NCBI GenBank assembly: GCA_963727505.1
Contig: CAVSGP010000008.1
Coordinates: forward strand, 17,704-81,703
Direction: 5' to 3'
From: an uncultured Trueperaceae bacterium
GTDB lineage: Bacteria > Deinococcota > Deinococci > Deinococcales > Trueperaceae
Length of the DNA stretch: 64,000 nt
Shown: piece by piece, positions 39,206 through 47,521 of the stretch
Layout: every line of letters starts with the position of its first letter
Numbering within the stretch: position 1 is the stretch's first letter
Notes under the pieces: generated by a model
What the model saw: the letters and a program-made list of their open reading frames with translations, nothing else
Database searches by the model: none
Told to the model about the DNA's origin: nothing
Translations under genes and position numbers: made by a program

Positions 39206-40380
39206 CGGATTCCGAACAGGGTGCGGCCGTTCCCGGCGATCTGGCAGCGATGACGGTGCTCGGCCTCATGTCGGGCACCTCGCTGGACGGGGTGGACACG
39301 GTCACCGTACGCCTGGCGCGGCGCGGCGGCCGGCTCGACTGGGAGGTGCTGGCGCGCGCTTCCCACCCCTACGACGATGCCCTGCGCGAGCGCTTGCAGC
39401 GCGCCATCGATCCGGCGCGCTCCGACGTGATCCTGTTGACCGAGCTCCACCAGGAGGTGGGGCGGGCCTACGCCGACGCGGCGGCTTCGGCCGCCGCGCG
39501 CCACCCGCTCGACCTGGTGGGCCTCTCGGGCCAGACCGTGTACCACATCCCCCGAGCCGACGAGGAACGGGGCTGGCACGTGGTGAGCACCCTGCAGCTG
39601 GGGGAGGCGAGTGTCGTGACCGAGCGTTGCTCGGTCGTGACGGTGTCGGACTTCCGGCAGGCGGACCTGGCGGCGGGCGGTCAGGGGGCGCCGATGGTGC
39701 CCTTCGCCGACCTACAGCTCTACCACCGGCCAGGGGAGCGGATCGCCGTGCAGAACATCGGCGGCATCGGCAACGTCACCGTGCTGCCGGCCGACGGCGA
39801 CCCGGCGGCGGTGCAGGCGTTCGACACCGGTCCCGGCAATTGCCTGATGGACGAGGCGATGGAGTTGCTGTTCGACGAGCCGTTCGACGATCAGGGGCGG
39901 GTGGCGGCCTCGGGGCGCGTTCTGGGCGACGCCCTGCAGCGGCTGCTCTCCGAGCCCTACTTCGAGCTCCCGCCACCCAAGACCACCGGCCGCGAGCTGT
40001 TCACGCTTCCGCGCGCCATGGAGCGCGGCGGTCTCGAGGGCGCGGCCCCCGCCGACGTGGTCGCGACCCTGAACGCGTTCACCGTGGCGTCGATCGCGCA
40101 GGCGTACGAACGCCACGTGCTGCCCGGAGGCCTCGATGAGGTGCTGATCGCGGGCGGCGGCGCCCGCAACCCGGTCCTGGTCGAGGGACTGCGCCGGCGC
40201 CTGCCGGTGCGGGTCCGTACCTTCCGGGAGGCCGGCTACCAGGACAAGGACCGCGAGACGCTGGCGATGGCGGTGATGGCGTTCATGGCGTTCCACGGGG
40301 AGCCGAACGTGCTGCCCGCAGCGACGGGCGCGCGGCATCCGGTGATCGCGGGGAAGGTGTGCCGGCCCTACCGGGGTTGA
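39202..40380 (+). CDS. anmK: Anhydro-N-acetylmuramic acid kinase
   Basis: GLMSGTSLDGVD, GQTVYH, DFRQAD..AGGQGAPMVP, NIGGIGN, FDTGPGN, PPKTTGRELF, GGGARN. Confidence 0.96.
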   Translation: MTDSEQGAAVPGDLAAMTVLGLMSGTSLDGVDTVTVRLARRGGRLDWEVLARASHPYDDALRERLQRAIDPARSDVILLTELHQEVGRAYADAAASAAARHPLDLVGLSGQTVYHIPRADEERGWHVVSTLQLGEASVVTERCSVVTVSDFRQADLAAGGQGAPMVPFADLQLYHRPGERIAVQNIGGIGNVTVLPADGDPAAVQAFDTGPGNCLMDEAMELLFDEPFDDQGRVAASGRVLGDALQRLLSEPYFELPPPKTTGRELFTLPRAMERGGLEGAAPADVVATLNAFTVASIAQAYERHVLPGGLDEVLIAGGGARNPVLVEGLRRRLPVRVRTFREAGYQDKDRETLAMAVMAFMAFHGEPNVLPAATGARHPVIAGKVCRPYRG

Positions 40381-40386
40381 AGCGCG

Positions 40387-42123
40387 TCAGTCGTCCCCGC
40401 CGGCCCGCACCGGCGTGGGCCGCCCCTCGGGGGCGTCGATCATCTCCTTGAACGCCTCCATCGACTCCTGGGTGGCCACTACGGTCAGGCGGTCGCCCTC
40501 CTCCAGCATGGTGTTGCCGTCGGGGATCGAGGCCTGCTCGTTGTGCATCACGCCGGCGATGAGGACGTCGGAGGGGAGTCGTAGCTCGCGCAGCTTCTTG
40601 TTGGTGACGGGGCAGCCTGGCGGCACCTCGGTCATGTAGACGAACTCGTGGCGGCCCACCATCGGCACCGGCTCTCCGCGCGACAGCCGGTCGACGAACT
40701 CACGATCGAGGATGGTGGGGTCGAGCGTGACCACCCGTTGCCGCAGCAGCTTGAGCACCGCCTGGTAGTACTCCTGCTGATGGACCGGGCTGTCGCCGGG
40801 ATGCGCGACCTGCCACTCGTACAGGGTGGGGTACTTGGCGCGCCGCGTGAGCGTGTCCTGGATGACGTAACTGAGGGCCACGGTCAACATGGTCGGAACG
40901 ATCAGGCGGTAGCCGCCCGTCATCTCGGCGACCATGATGAGGGTCGCGAGCGGCACCCGGGCGGCGCCGGCGAAGATGGCGGCCATTCCGACCACGGCGA
41001 GCGCCTCCGGGCTCGGACCCGACGGCGTCAGGTAGTGAAGGAAGCTCGCCAGCGCACCGCCCAGCATGGCGCCGACGAACAGGGTGGGGCCGAAGACTCC
41101 GCCCGAACCGCCGGAGCTGATGGTGAACGACATCGCTACGATCTTGCCGAAGGCCAGCAACACCATCAGCCACAACGCCAGCTTGCCGTCGATGGCGAGC
41201 TGCATGTAGCCGTAGCCCCCGCCCAGCAGCTGCGGCAGCGCCATGCCCAGCAAGCCGAGCATCAGGCCGCCGATGGCGGGCTTGACGTGGTTGGGGACGG
41301 GCAGGGCGCGGAACCAGTCGCGCAGGCGATAGAAGACCCAGGGGATGAGGGTAGCCACCAGGCCGGCGGCGACGCCGAGGATCGCGAACCAGATGAGCTC
41401 GCGTACGCCGGTGAAGTCGAGCGGGGCGGGCAGCGCGAACAGCGGCGTCCAGCCGCTGAAGCTGCCGGTAACGGCGTAGGCGGTGGCGGCGCCGATCAGC
41501 GTGTAGACCAGCGCGCCGCCCTCGAAGGCCATCTCCCGGTACAGGATCTCCACGGCGAAGATGGCGGTGCCGAGCGGGCTCTTGAAGACCGCCGACAGAC
41601 CGGCCGCCATGCCGACCAGCAGCAGGTAGCGGCGCTCCTCGGCAGGGAGCCTGAGGAGCGTTCCCATCACCGAGCCGAAGCCGGCCGCGATCTGCGCGGT
41701 CGGGCCTTCACGGCCCGCCGCGCCGCCCGATCCGATGGTGATGGCGCTGGCGACGGTCTTGAGGATCGGCACGCGGGCGCGCACGAAGCCGTCGAGACGA
41801 TGGTAGGCCTTGACGGCCGCGTCGGTACCGTGCCCCTCCGACTCCGGCGCGAACGTGTAGACCAGGAAGCCGACGACGAGACCACCCAGGGTGGTGGATA
41901 CCGGGATCAGCCAGTTGAGGTAGTGCTGCTGTGGGGGGCCCGCCAGGCCGGCGGCGGCGCCGGCCGAGAGGATGGGGTTGTGCGCCAGGCCGGCGATGAG
42001 GTAGTGCGACACCCAGTCGATCATCCACTCGAAGAGTCGAGCGCCCAGAGCGCCCACGACCCCGAGGAGTACGCTGAGCAGAACGAGTCTGGAGGTGCGG
42101 TCGAGTCGGAGAAGCCAGTTCAC
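40387..42123 (-). CDS. ClC-family chloride channel/antiporter with C-terminal TrkA-C (RCK_C) domain
   Basis: GHGTD, GREGP, GSGGVFGP, Y near the C-terminus; tail LRELRLP...IPDGNTMLEEGD. GTG start inferred. Confidence 0.88.
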   Translation of the reverse strand: MNWLLRLDRTSRLVLLSVLLGVVGALGARLFEWMIDWVSHYLIAGLAHNPILSAGAAAGLAGPPQQHYLNWLIPVSTTLGGLVVGFLVYTFAPESEGHGTDAAVKAYHRLDGFVRARVPILKTVASAITIGSGGAAGREGPTAQIAAGFGSVMGTLLRLPAEERRYLLLVGMAAGLSAVFKSPLGTAIFAVEILYREMAFEGGALVYTLIGAATAYAVTGSFSGWTPLFALPAPLDFTGVRELIWFAILGVAAGLVATLIPWVFYRLRDWFRALPVPNHVKPAIGGLMLGLLGMALPQLLGGGYGYMQLAIDGKLALWLMVLLAFGKIVAMSFTISSGGSGGVFGPTLFVGAMLGGALASFLHYLTPSGPSPEALAVVGMAAIFAGAARVPLATLIMVAEMTGGYRLIVPTMLTVALSYVIQDTLTRRAKYPTLYEWQVAHPGDSPVHQQEYYQAVLKLLRQRVVTLDPTILDREFVDRLSRGEPVPMVGRHEFVYMTEVPPGCPVTNKKLRELRLPSDVLIAGVMHNEQASIPDGNTMLEEGDRLTVVATQESMEAFKEMIDAPEGRPTPVRAGGDD

Positions 42124-42315
42124 GTGTCGGTCCCGGGCCCAGGCGACCGGGTGGCGCCCGCCATGCGCAGGCGTCCTCCGGAGGCGCCTCGGCGCCAAAG
42201 GAAGATTGTACATACAACGGGGTGTACCCGCAACCGGCAACGGCCCATGGCATCATGGGGGCGCCCAATGCTGCGCCGTCCGGGCGCGAGCGACGACCGA
42301 AGGGAGGTGGAGCCC

Positions 42316-43935
42316 ATGGAGGAGGACATCGAAGAGGGTCTGGGCGGGGAACTGGATGCGGCCCCCGGCCACGCTTCCGCGATGGAGGCCGAGGGTTTGC
42401 TGTACGTGGTGCGGCCCGCGCCCGAGATGACGATCAAGGCTCCCACCACCCGCAACGCCTTCCGCAGGCGGCTCAAGGCCAACGTCGGGGACGCCGTCAA
42501 GCGCTGGGGGCTGCGCGCCCGGGTGCGTGCGCTCTACGGGCGCCTGATGGTGCGCATCGACCCGGGCGACGAGCGGCCCGACGCGGTGGCGGCGCGCGCC
42601 GCCGAGGCGCTGTCGCGCGTGTTCGGCGTGGCCTCGTTCTCGCCCGCCGAGGGCCATTGCCGCGCCGACCTCGACGCCATCGTCGCCATGGGCCGCGATC
42701 TCTTCGCCGAGCGCGTGAAGGGGCGCCGCTACGCCGTGCGCTGCAAGCGTACCGGCAGCCACCCTTTCGGGTCGATGGACGTGGAGCGGCGGCTCGGTGC
42801 CGCGCTCAACGAGGGCGCTACCGTCGACCTGACGGACCCCGAGGTGACGGTGTCGGTGGAGATCACCGGCGGTCGCGCCGTCTTCTTCAGCGAGCGGCTG
42901 GCCGGTCCGGGCGGGTTGCCGTTGGGGACCGGCGGTCGCGCGCTGGTGCTGCTCTCCGGCGGGTACGACTCGGTGGTCGCCGCCTGGTACGTCATGAAGC
43001 GCGGCGTGGACGTCGATTTTCTGCACTGCCGCATGGGGGGGAGCGCGTCCGAGCGCCTGACGCTGCAGATCGCCAAGGTGTTCACCGACTACTGGGCGAT
43101 GGGTAGCCGCCCGGACTTCTACGCCGTCGATTTCGCGCCGGTGGTCGAGGAGCTGCAGGCCTCATCGAGGCCCACCTACTGGCAGGTGGTGCTCAAGCGG
43201 CAGATGCTGCGCACCGGCGACGCGCTCGCCGACCGCATCGAGCGCGACCTGGACCTGCGCTCCAAGCAGCGCGGCGAGCGCCGCAAGCCGTCGATGGTGG
43301 ACGCCCTGGTCACCGGCGAGGTGCTGGCGCAGGTGTCGTCGCAGACGCTGAGCAACCTGCGCGCCATCGACGGCGCCGCCGAGCGGCCGGTGCTGCGTCC
43401 GCTGGCGGGGCTCGACAAGCTGGAGATCATCCGGGGTGCCGAGCGCATCGGTACCGCCGCGCTGTCGGCGCAGGTGCGGGAGTTCTGCGCCATCACGCCA
43501 GTCCATCCCGTCACCTCGACCCGTCCGGGCGAGGTCGAGCGCCAGGAGGTCGGCCTCGACCCGGCGCGGCTGACGGCGCTGGTGGATCAGGCGGAGCGCC
43601 GACCCCTACGTGCGCTCACCCCGGCCGACCTCATGCTCCCCTACCTCTACGTCGAGGAGGTTCCCGACGGGGCGGTCGTGCTCGACTGCCGCCTGGAGGG
43701 CGCCCGCCGCGCCTGGAATCCCGACGGCGCCGTCCACGCGCCGCTTCCCGACCTGCTCGGCCGCCTGCGCGAGTTCGACAAGGCGCCCACCTACGTGCTG
43801 TTCTGCCAGTTCGGCACCCGCAGCGCGCAGGCGGCGGAGGTGATGCAGCAAGCGGGCTTCGAGGCCTACTCGTTCCGGGGCGGGGAGCGGGCGTTGCGCG
43901 CGCACCTCGAGGCGCCCACGCGCGTGTCTGTCTAG
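42316..43935 (+). CDS. thiI: tRNA 4-thiouridine(8) sulfurtransferase ThiI with C-terminal rhodanese domain
   Basis: THUMP domain, GGLPLG, PP-loop LLSGGYDS, GE..AQVSSQT..NL, RPL, rhodanese CQFGTRS; GGAGG RBS. Confidence 0.93.
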   Translation: MEEDIEEGLGGELDAAPGHASAMEAEGLLYVVRPAPEMTIKAPTTRNAFRRRLKANVGDAVKRWGLRARVRALYGRLMVRIDPGDERPDAVAARAAEALSRVFGVASFSPAEGHCRADLDAIVAMGRDLFAERVKGRRYAVRCKRTGSHPFGSMDVERRLGAALNEGATVDLTDPEVTVSVEITGGRAVFFSERLAGPGGLPLGTGGRALVLLSGGYDSVVAAWYVMKRGVDVDFLHCRMGGSASERLTLQIAKVFTDYWAMGSRPDFYAVDFAPVVEELQASSRPTYWQVVLKRQMLRTGDALADRIERDLDLRSKQRGERRKPSMVDALVTGEVLAQVSSQTLSNLRAIDGAAERPVLRPLAGLDKLEIIRGAERIGTAALSAQVREFCAITPVHPVTSTRPGEVERQEVGLDPARLTALVDQAERRPLRALTPADLMLPYLYVEEVPDGAVVLDCRLEGARRAWNPDGAVHAPLPDLLGRLREFDKAPTYVLFCQFGTRSAQAAEVMQQAGFEAYSFRGGERALRAHLEAPTRVSV

Positions 43936-43959
43936 GGTAACGGCCCGGCGGCTCGCGGC

Positions 43960-44877
43960 TCAGGCGGCGCTGGCGGTGGCCGCGCCGCGCAGCAGGCGCT
44001 GCAGCGCCCGGCGGCGGGCCGGTTCGAGGCGCGCGCCCATCACCAGCCACACGTCCACCCGGTCCTCGCCGGGCTCGACCGCCACCCGCGCCAGCCAGCC
44101 CGCCTCGCTCTCCGGACCGACGTAGGACCACACCGTCACGCCGATGCCCTGACCGGCCAGCACGGCCGCACGCACCGCAGCCGGGCCGCTCAGCTCCAGG
44201 GTGCGGCCGGGCTCGAGCCCGGCGTCGCGCATCTCCTGGCGGACGTGGGCGTTCAGGCTGCTGGAGCGCGAGGGCAGCAGCAGCGTCTCGCCGCGCAGGG
44301 CGGCGGGATCGACCAGCCCCTCGCGGGCCACGGGGTCATCGGGGAGGGTGGCGAGGCAGATCCGTTCGGTGCCGAGCCGCTCGACGGTGAGCGCAGGGTC
44401 GCGAGGCGGGGGCGCGCCGAGGGTGACGGCCGCGTCGAGGCTGCCCGCCTTCACGGCCTGGACGAGCGGGGTCGAGTAACCCTCCTGCAGCTCCGGCTCG
44501 AGCGGCGTTCCGAGGCCGGCCAGGCGCCGCGCCTCTCGCAGGAGCGCGCCGCTCAAGCGCGGCACCAGGTGATGACTGAGCCCCAGCCGCAGCGTGAGTG
44601 GCGTCGGCTCGGGGTTGGCCAGCGCGGCCGCCGCGCCGCGGAGGGCGGCGTCGATAGCGCGGGCGTGGGGCAGGAGCGCCCGTCCCTGAGCGGTCAAGGC
44701 CGCGCCCTGGGGGCCGCGGCGCAGCAGAGGTGCGGTTCCGGTGCGCTGCAACGCCGCCAGGCGCCGGCTGACCGCGGACTGGCTGATGCCGAGCTCGCGG
44801 GCCGCCTCGCTCTCGCTGCCGGCGTCGGCGACGGCGAGGAGGGTGAGCAGGTGGGTCGCATCGGGGCGTTCGGGCAT
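43960..44877 (-). CDS. LysR-family transcriptional regulator
   Basis: SESEAARELGISQSAVSRRLAAL HTH, LTAQG, substrate-binding domain; CATAAT 5 nt before ATG. Confidence 0.92.
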   Translation of the reverse strand: MPERPDATHLLTLLAVADAGSESEAARELGISQSAVSRRLAALQRTGTAPLLRRGPQGAALTAQGRALLPHARAIDAALRGAAAALANPEPTPLTLRLGLSHHLVPRLSGALLREARRLAGLGTPLEPELQEGYSTPLVQAVKAGSLDAAVTLGAPPPRDPALTVERLGTERICLATLPDDPVAREGLVDPAALRGETLLLPSRSSSLNAHVRQEMRDAGLEPGRTLELSGPAAVRAAVLAGQGIGVTVWSYVGPESEAGWLARVAVEPGEDRVDVWLVMGARLEPARRRALQRLLRGAATASAA

Positions 44878-44884
44878 GCCCTAT

Positions 44885-44901
44885 TATGAACCCAGCGCAT
44901 A
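44885..44901. promoter_or_regulatory. LysR-type T-N11-A box 1 (over the lysR -10)
   Basis: TATGAACCCAGCGCATA; its reverse complement matches box 2 at 14/17 positions. Confidence 0.65.
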
Positions 44902-45115
44902 GTAGGTGCGGGTGTTCACCAGAAAGGCCGTGGGGCACGCGGTGCGACGCGGCCGGAGGGTGCCGGGGGGTTGTTCGCACCCCCTGGTCGGAACGTACAG
45001 GTGGGCTTTCGGTTTGGCAGGCAGGGCGGAGCGACGGGTGGACCTCGAGGCGTGCCGCCCGGCCTTCTCCGCTCCCTGTTCCGCTGCCTGTTGCGCGGCC
45101 GACCACGACCGTGGA

Positions 45116-45204
45116 TCGTGCGGCCCGTTCTCGTCCGGCTCGCGTTTGTCCGGCTCGCGTTTGTCCGGTTCGCGTTCGTGTGGCCCGTTCTCGTCCGGCT
45201 CACG
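45116..45204. repeat. Nested intergenic tandem repeat
   Basis: Two ~29-bp copies of TCGTGYGGCCCGTTCTCGTCCGGCTCRCG flanking 15-bp GTCCGGCTCGCGTTT units. Confidence 0.8.
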
Positions 45205-45468
45205 GTCGCTCGACCTGTGTTCGTTCAACCAGGCTTTACGTTGGATCCAGGGCGCGCACGAGCCCCCCGGCCCCTCGGAGCTCCGTGGGCGCGAGGCCCG
45301 TCGAACGCGACCTTCGGCCTGGGCCACGGCGATGCGCCCCTTCTGTTCTCCGGCGACCCTCCGACCCGCCCTGCTCCCGCTACCATGACGCTGTCGAATG
45401 CGGCCGACCCGGTGCGCCCGACCGGTTCGCCCGGGCGGTGCGCCCGACCGGCGCGCGGAGGTGCTTGC

Positions 45469-45485
45469 TATGCGCATGGCTCATA
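45469..45485. promoter_or_regulatory. LysR-type T-N11-A box 2 (upstream of the sulfur operon -35)
   Basis: TATGCGCATGGCTCATA. Confidence 0.65.
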
Positions 45486-45502
45486 TAAGGTCGCGCGTTC
45501 CG

Positions 45503-45531
45503 TTGACCATATCCCGGAGGGGTATTAGTCT
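45503..45531 (+). promoter_or_regulatory. Promoter with a CsoR/CstR-type operator in the spacer
   Basis: TTGACC-[ATATCCCGGAGGGGTAT]-TAGTCT; the 17-bp spacer has the ATA-C tract-G tract-TAT form. Confidence 0.65.
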
Positions 45532-45582
45532 TGACCCATGCCCCGCGGCCCACGGCACGCTGTTGCCGGCCGGGCGCGGCGC

Positions 45583-45642
45583 CACCCCTACCCGCGACAC
45601 CCCTACCCGCGACACCCCCACCCGCGACACCCCCACCCACGA
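45583..45642. repeat. 15-bp tandem repeat x4 in the 5' leader
   Basis: CACCCCYACCCRCGA x4. Confidence 0.85.
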
Positions 45643-45692
45643 CGTGAACCCCGTCGCAACGAGCAAGCTCAGCAAGGCGTGAAGGGAGACGG

Positions 45693-47171
45693 ATGTTCTT
45701 CAAGCACTTCTACGACACGGACCTGGCCCAGGGTAGCTACCTGATCGGGTGCCAGGCCAGCGGGGAAGCCATCGTGGTGGACCCGCGCCGGGACGTGCGC
45801 ATGTACCTGGACGAGGCCGCGGCCCAGGGGCTGCGGATCGTCGCCGTCACGGAGACGCACATCCACGCCGACTACCTGTCGGGCTCGCGAGAGCTCGCGC
45901 AGGCGGCTGGCGCACGCCTCTACCTCTCCGACGAGGGCGCCCCCAGGGCCGAGGGAGACGAGGACTGGAGCTACGGCTTCGATCACGTCGGGCTTCGCAA
46001 CGGCGACGCCATCCGCATCGGCAACATCGAGATCGAAGCGCTGCATACCCCCGGCCACACACCCGAGCATCTCTCCTTCCTGGTGACCGACGGCGGCCTG
46101 ACCGAGCGCCCCGGTTACCTGTTGAGCGGCGACTTCGTGTTCGTCGGCGATGTCGGTCGGCCCGACCTGCTCGACGAGGCCGCGGGCGGCGTCGACACCC
46201 GCTTCTCGGGCGCGAAGCAGCTCTTCGCCAGCCTGCGCGACGTCTTCCTGCCCCTCCCCGACTTCGTCCAGGTATGGCCCGGCCACGGCGCCGGGAGCGC
46301 CTGCGGCAAGGCTCTGGGCGCAGTGGCGAGCACCACCGTCGGCTACGAGCGCCTGACGGCGTGGTGGCGCGACTACCTCGAACGCGACGACGAGGAGGGG
46401 TTCGTGGCGGCGCTGCTCGACGGGCAGCCCGACGCTCCCCGCTACTTCGGGCGCATGAAGCGGCACAACCGCGCCGGCCCGGCATTGCTGGGCGAGCGTG
46501 CGCCGGTGCGCCGCTTCGAACATGATGAGGTGCGCCGCCGCTTGGGCGTCGACCTCCACCTGCTCGACACCCGGCCCGAAGCCCAGCAGTGGCTCGGCGC
46601 CGTGCCCGGCGCGCTGACCGTGCCCGGCGGCAAGAGCTTCGCCACCTACGCTTCCTACGTCCTCGATCCCGAGAGCGACACGCGCGATCTCGTGGTGCTC
46701 GCGCCGGACGCGACCACGGCGGAGCGCTACCGCGACCGCCTGGCCTTCGTCGGCATCGACCGCGTGGTCGGCTATCTGCCGTCGCTCGAGCCGATGACGT
46801 TGCAGCCGCTGCCGCTCATGTCCCCGGCCGAGCTCGAGCAGCTCGAGGACCCCTATGTGCTCGACGTGCGCACTGCCAACGAGTACGCCGAAGGGCATAT
46901 CCCGGGCGCCGTCCAGCTCCACGCCGGGCGCGTGGCATGGAACCTCGATGCGCTGCCGCCCGATCGCCGCGTGATCGTCCACTGCCAGAGCGGCGCGCGC
47001 TCCGCCGTGGTCGCCGGCCTGCTCCGCAGCGAAGGTTTCGAGGACGTCGTCGAGCTCGAGGGCAGCTACCTGGCGTGGCTCGCCTATCAGCGCGAGAAGC
47101 CCGAACCCCCGACCCCGTCCGCACGACCGAGTGAGCACACAACCTCCGGAGGTACGCAACATGTTCGATGA
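45693..47171 (+). CDS. MBL-fold persulfide dioxygenase-rhodanese fusion (CstB-like)
   Basis: ETHIHADY, HTPGHTPEH, GDFVFVGDVGRPDL, PGHGAGSACGK, pseudo-rhodanese and rhodanese HCQSGARS. Confidence 0.88.
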   Translation: MFFKHFYDTDLAQGSYLIGCQASGEAIVVDPRRDVRMYLDEAAAQGLRIVAVTETHIHADYLSGSRELAQAAGARLYLSDEGAPRAEGDEDWSYGFDHVGLRNGDAIRIGNIEIEALHTPGHTPEHLSFLVTDGGLTERPGYLLSGDFVFVGDVGRPDLLDEAAGGVDTRFSGAKQLFASLRDVFLPLPDFVQVWPGHGAGSACGKALGAVASTTVGYERLTAWWRDYLERDDEEGFVAALLDGQPDAPRYFGRMKRHNRAGPALLGERAPVRRFEHDEVRRRLGVDLHLLDTRPEAQQWLGAVPGALTVPGGKSFATYASYVLDPESDTRDLVVLAPDATTAERYRDRLAFVGIDRVVGYLPSLEPMTLQPLPLMSPAELEQLEDPYVLDVRTANEYAEGHIPGAVQLHAGRVAWNLDALPPDRRVIVHCQSGARSAVVAGLLRSEGFEDVVELEGSYLAWLAYQREKPEPPTPSARPSEHTTSGGTQHVR

Positions 47172-47505
47172 GATCTACCCCGACGACCTGGCGCAGTGGC
47201 TCGAGGACGGCGCCCAGCTCGTGGACGTACGCGAGGCCTGGGAGTACGGAGCCGGGTACGTGCCCGGCGCCGTCAACATCCCCCTCGACGAGCTGATCGG
47301 TCGCATCGGCGAGCTGCGCGAGCCGCTGGTGCTGGTGTGCGCCAGCGGCAACCGCTCCGGGATGGCGGCGCAGTACCTGACCGGCCGTGCCGGCTTCACG
47401 AAGGTCGCCAACCTGATGGGCGGCACCTACCTCTGGGTGGCGCGCGGCAAGCCGCTGCGGAAGCCGGGCGAAGCCACCGAACAGGACGCCTCCCGAACGG
47501 CGTAG
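47161..47505 (+). CDS. Single-domain rhodanese
   Basis: DVRE..EY..G..PGA.NIPL, CASGNRS, LMGG..W; GGAGG RBS. Confidence 0.9.
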   Translation: MFDEIYPDDLAQWLEDGAQLVDVREAWEYGAGYVPGAVNIPLDELIGRIGELREPLVLVCASGNRSGMAAQYLTGRAGFTKVANLMGGTYLWVARGKPLRKPGEATEQDASRTA

Positions 47506-47521
47506 GCTCCGTTCTCGAGCC

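Noticed and set aside
42124..42315. Fluoride riboswitch upstream of the ClC gene
   Set aside because: No fluoride-aptamer-like sequence was visible, and the protein has GREGP-type motifs with no evidence for fluoride specificity.
40648..43935. 1095-aa ORF as a giant ThiI fusion
   Set aside because: The first ~555 aa are the antisense shadow of the ClC gene; ThiI starts at 42316 with an RBS.
44884..45682. ORFs in the lysR-cstB intergenic region (REPDK and RDTPT repeats)
   Set aside because: They are low-complexity translations of DNA tandem repeats with no recognisable domain, and they overlap predicted regulatory sites.
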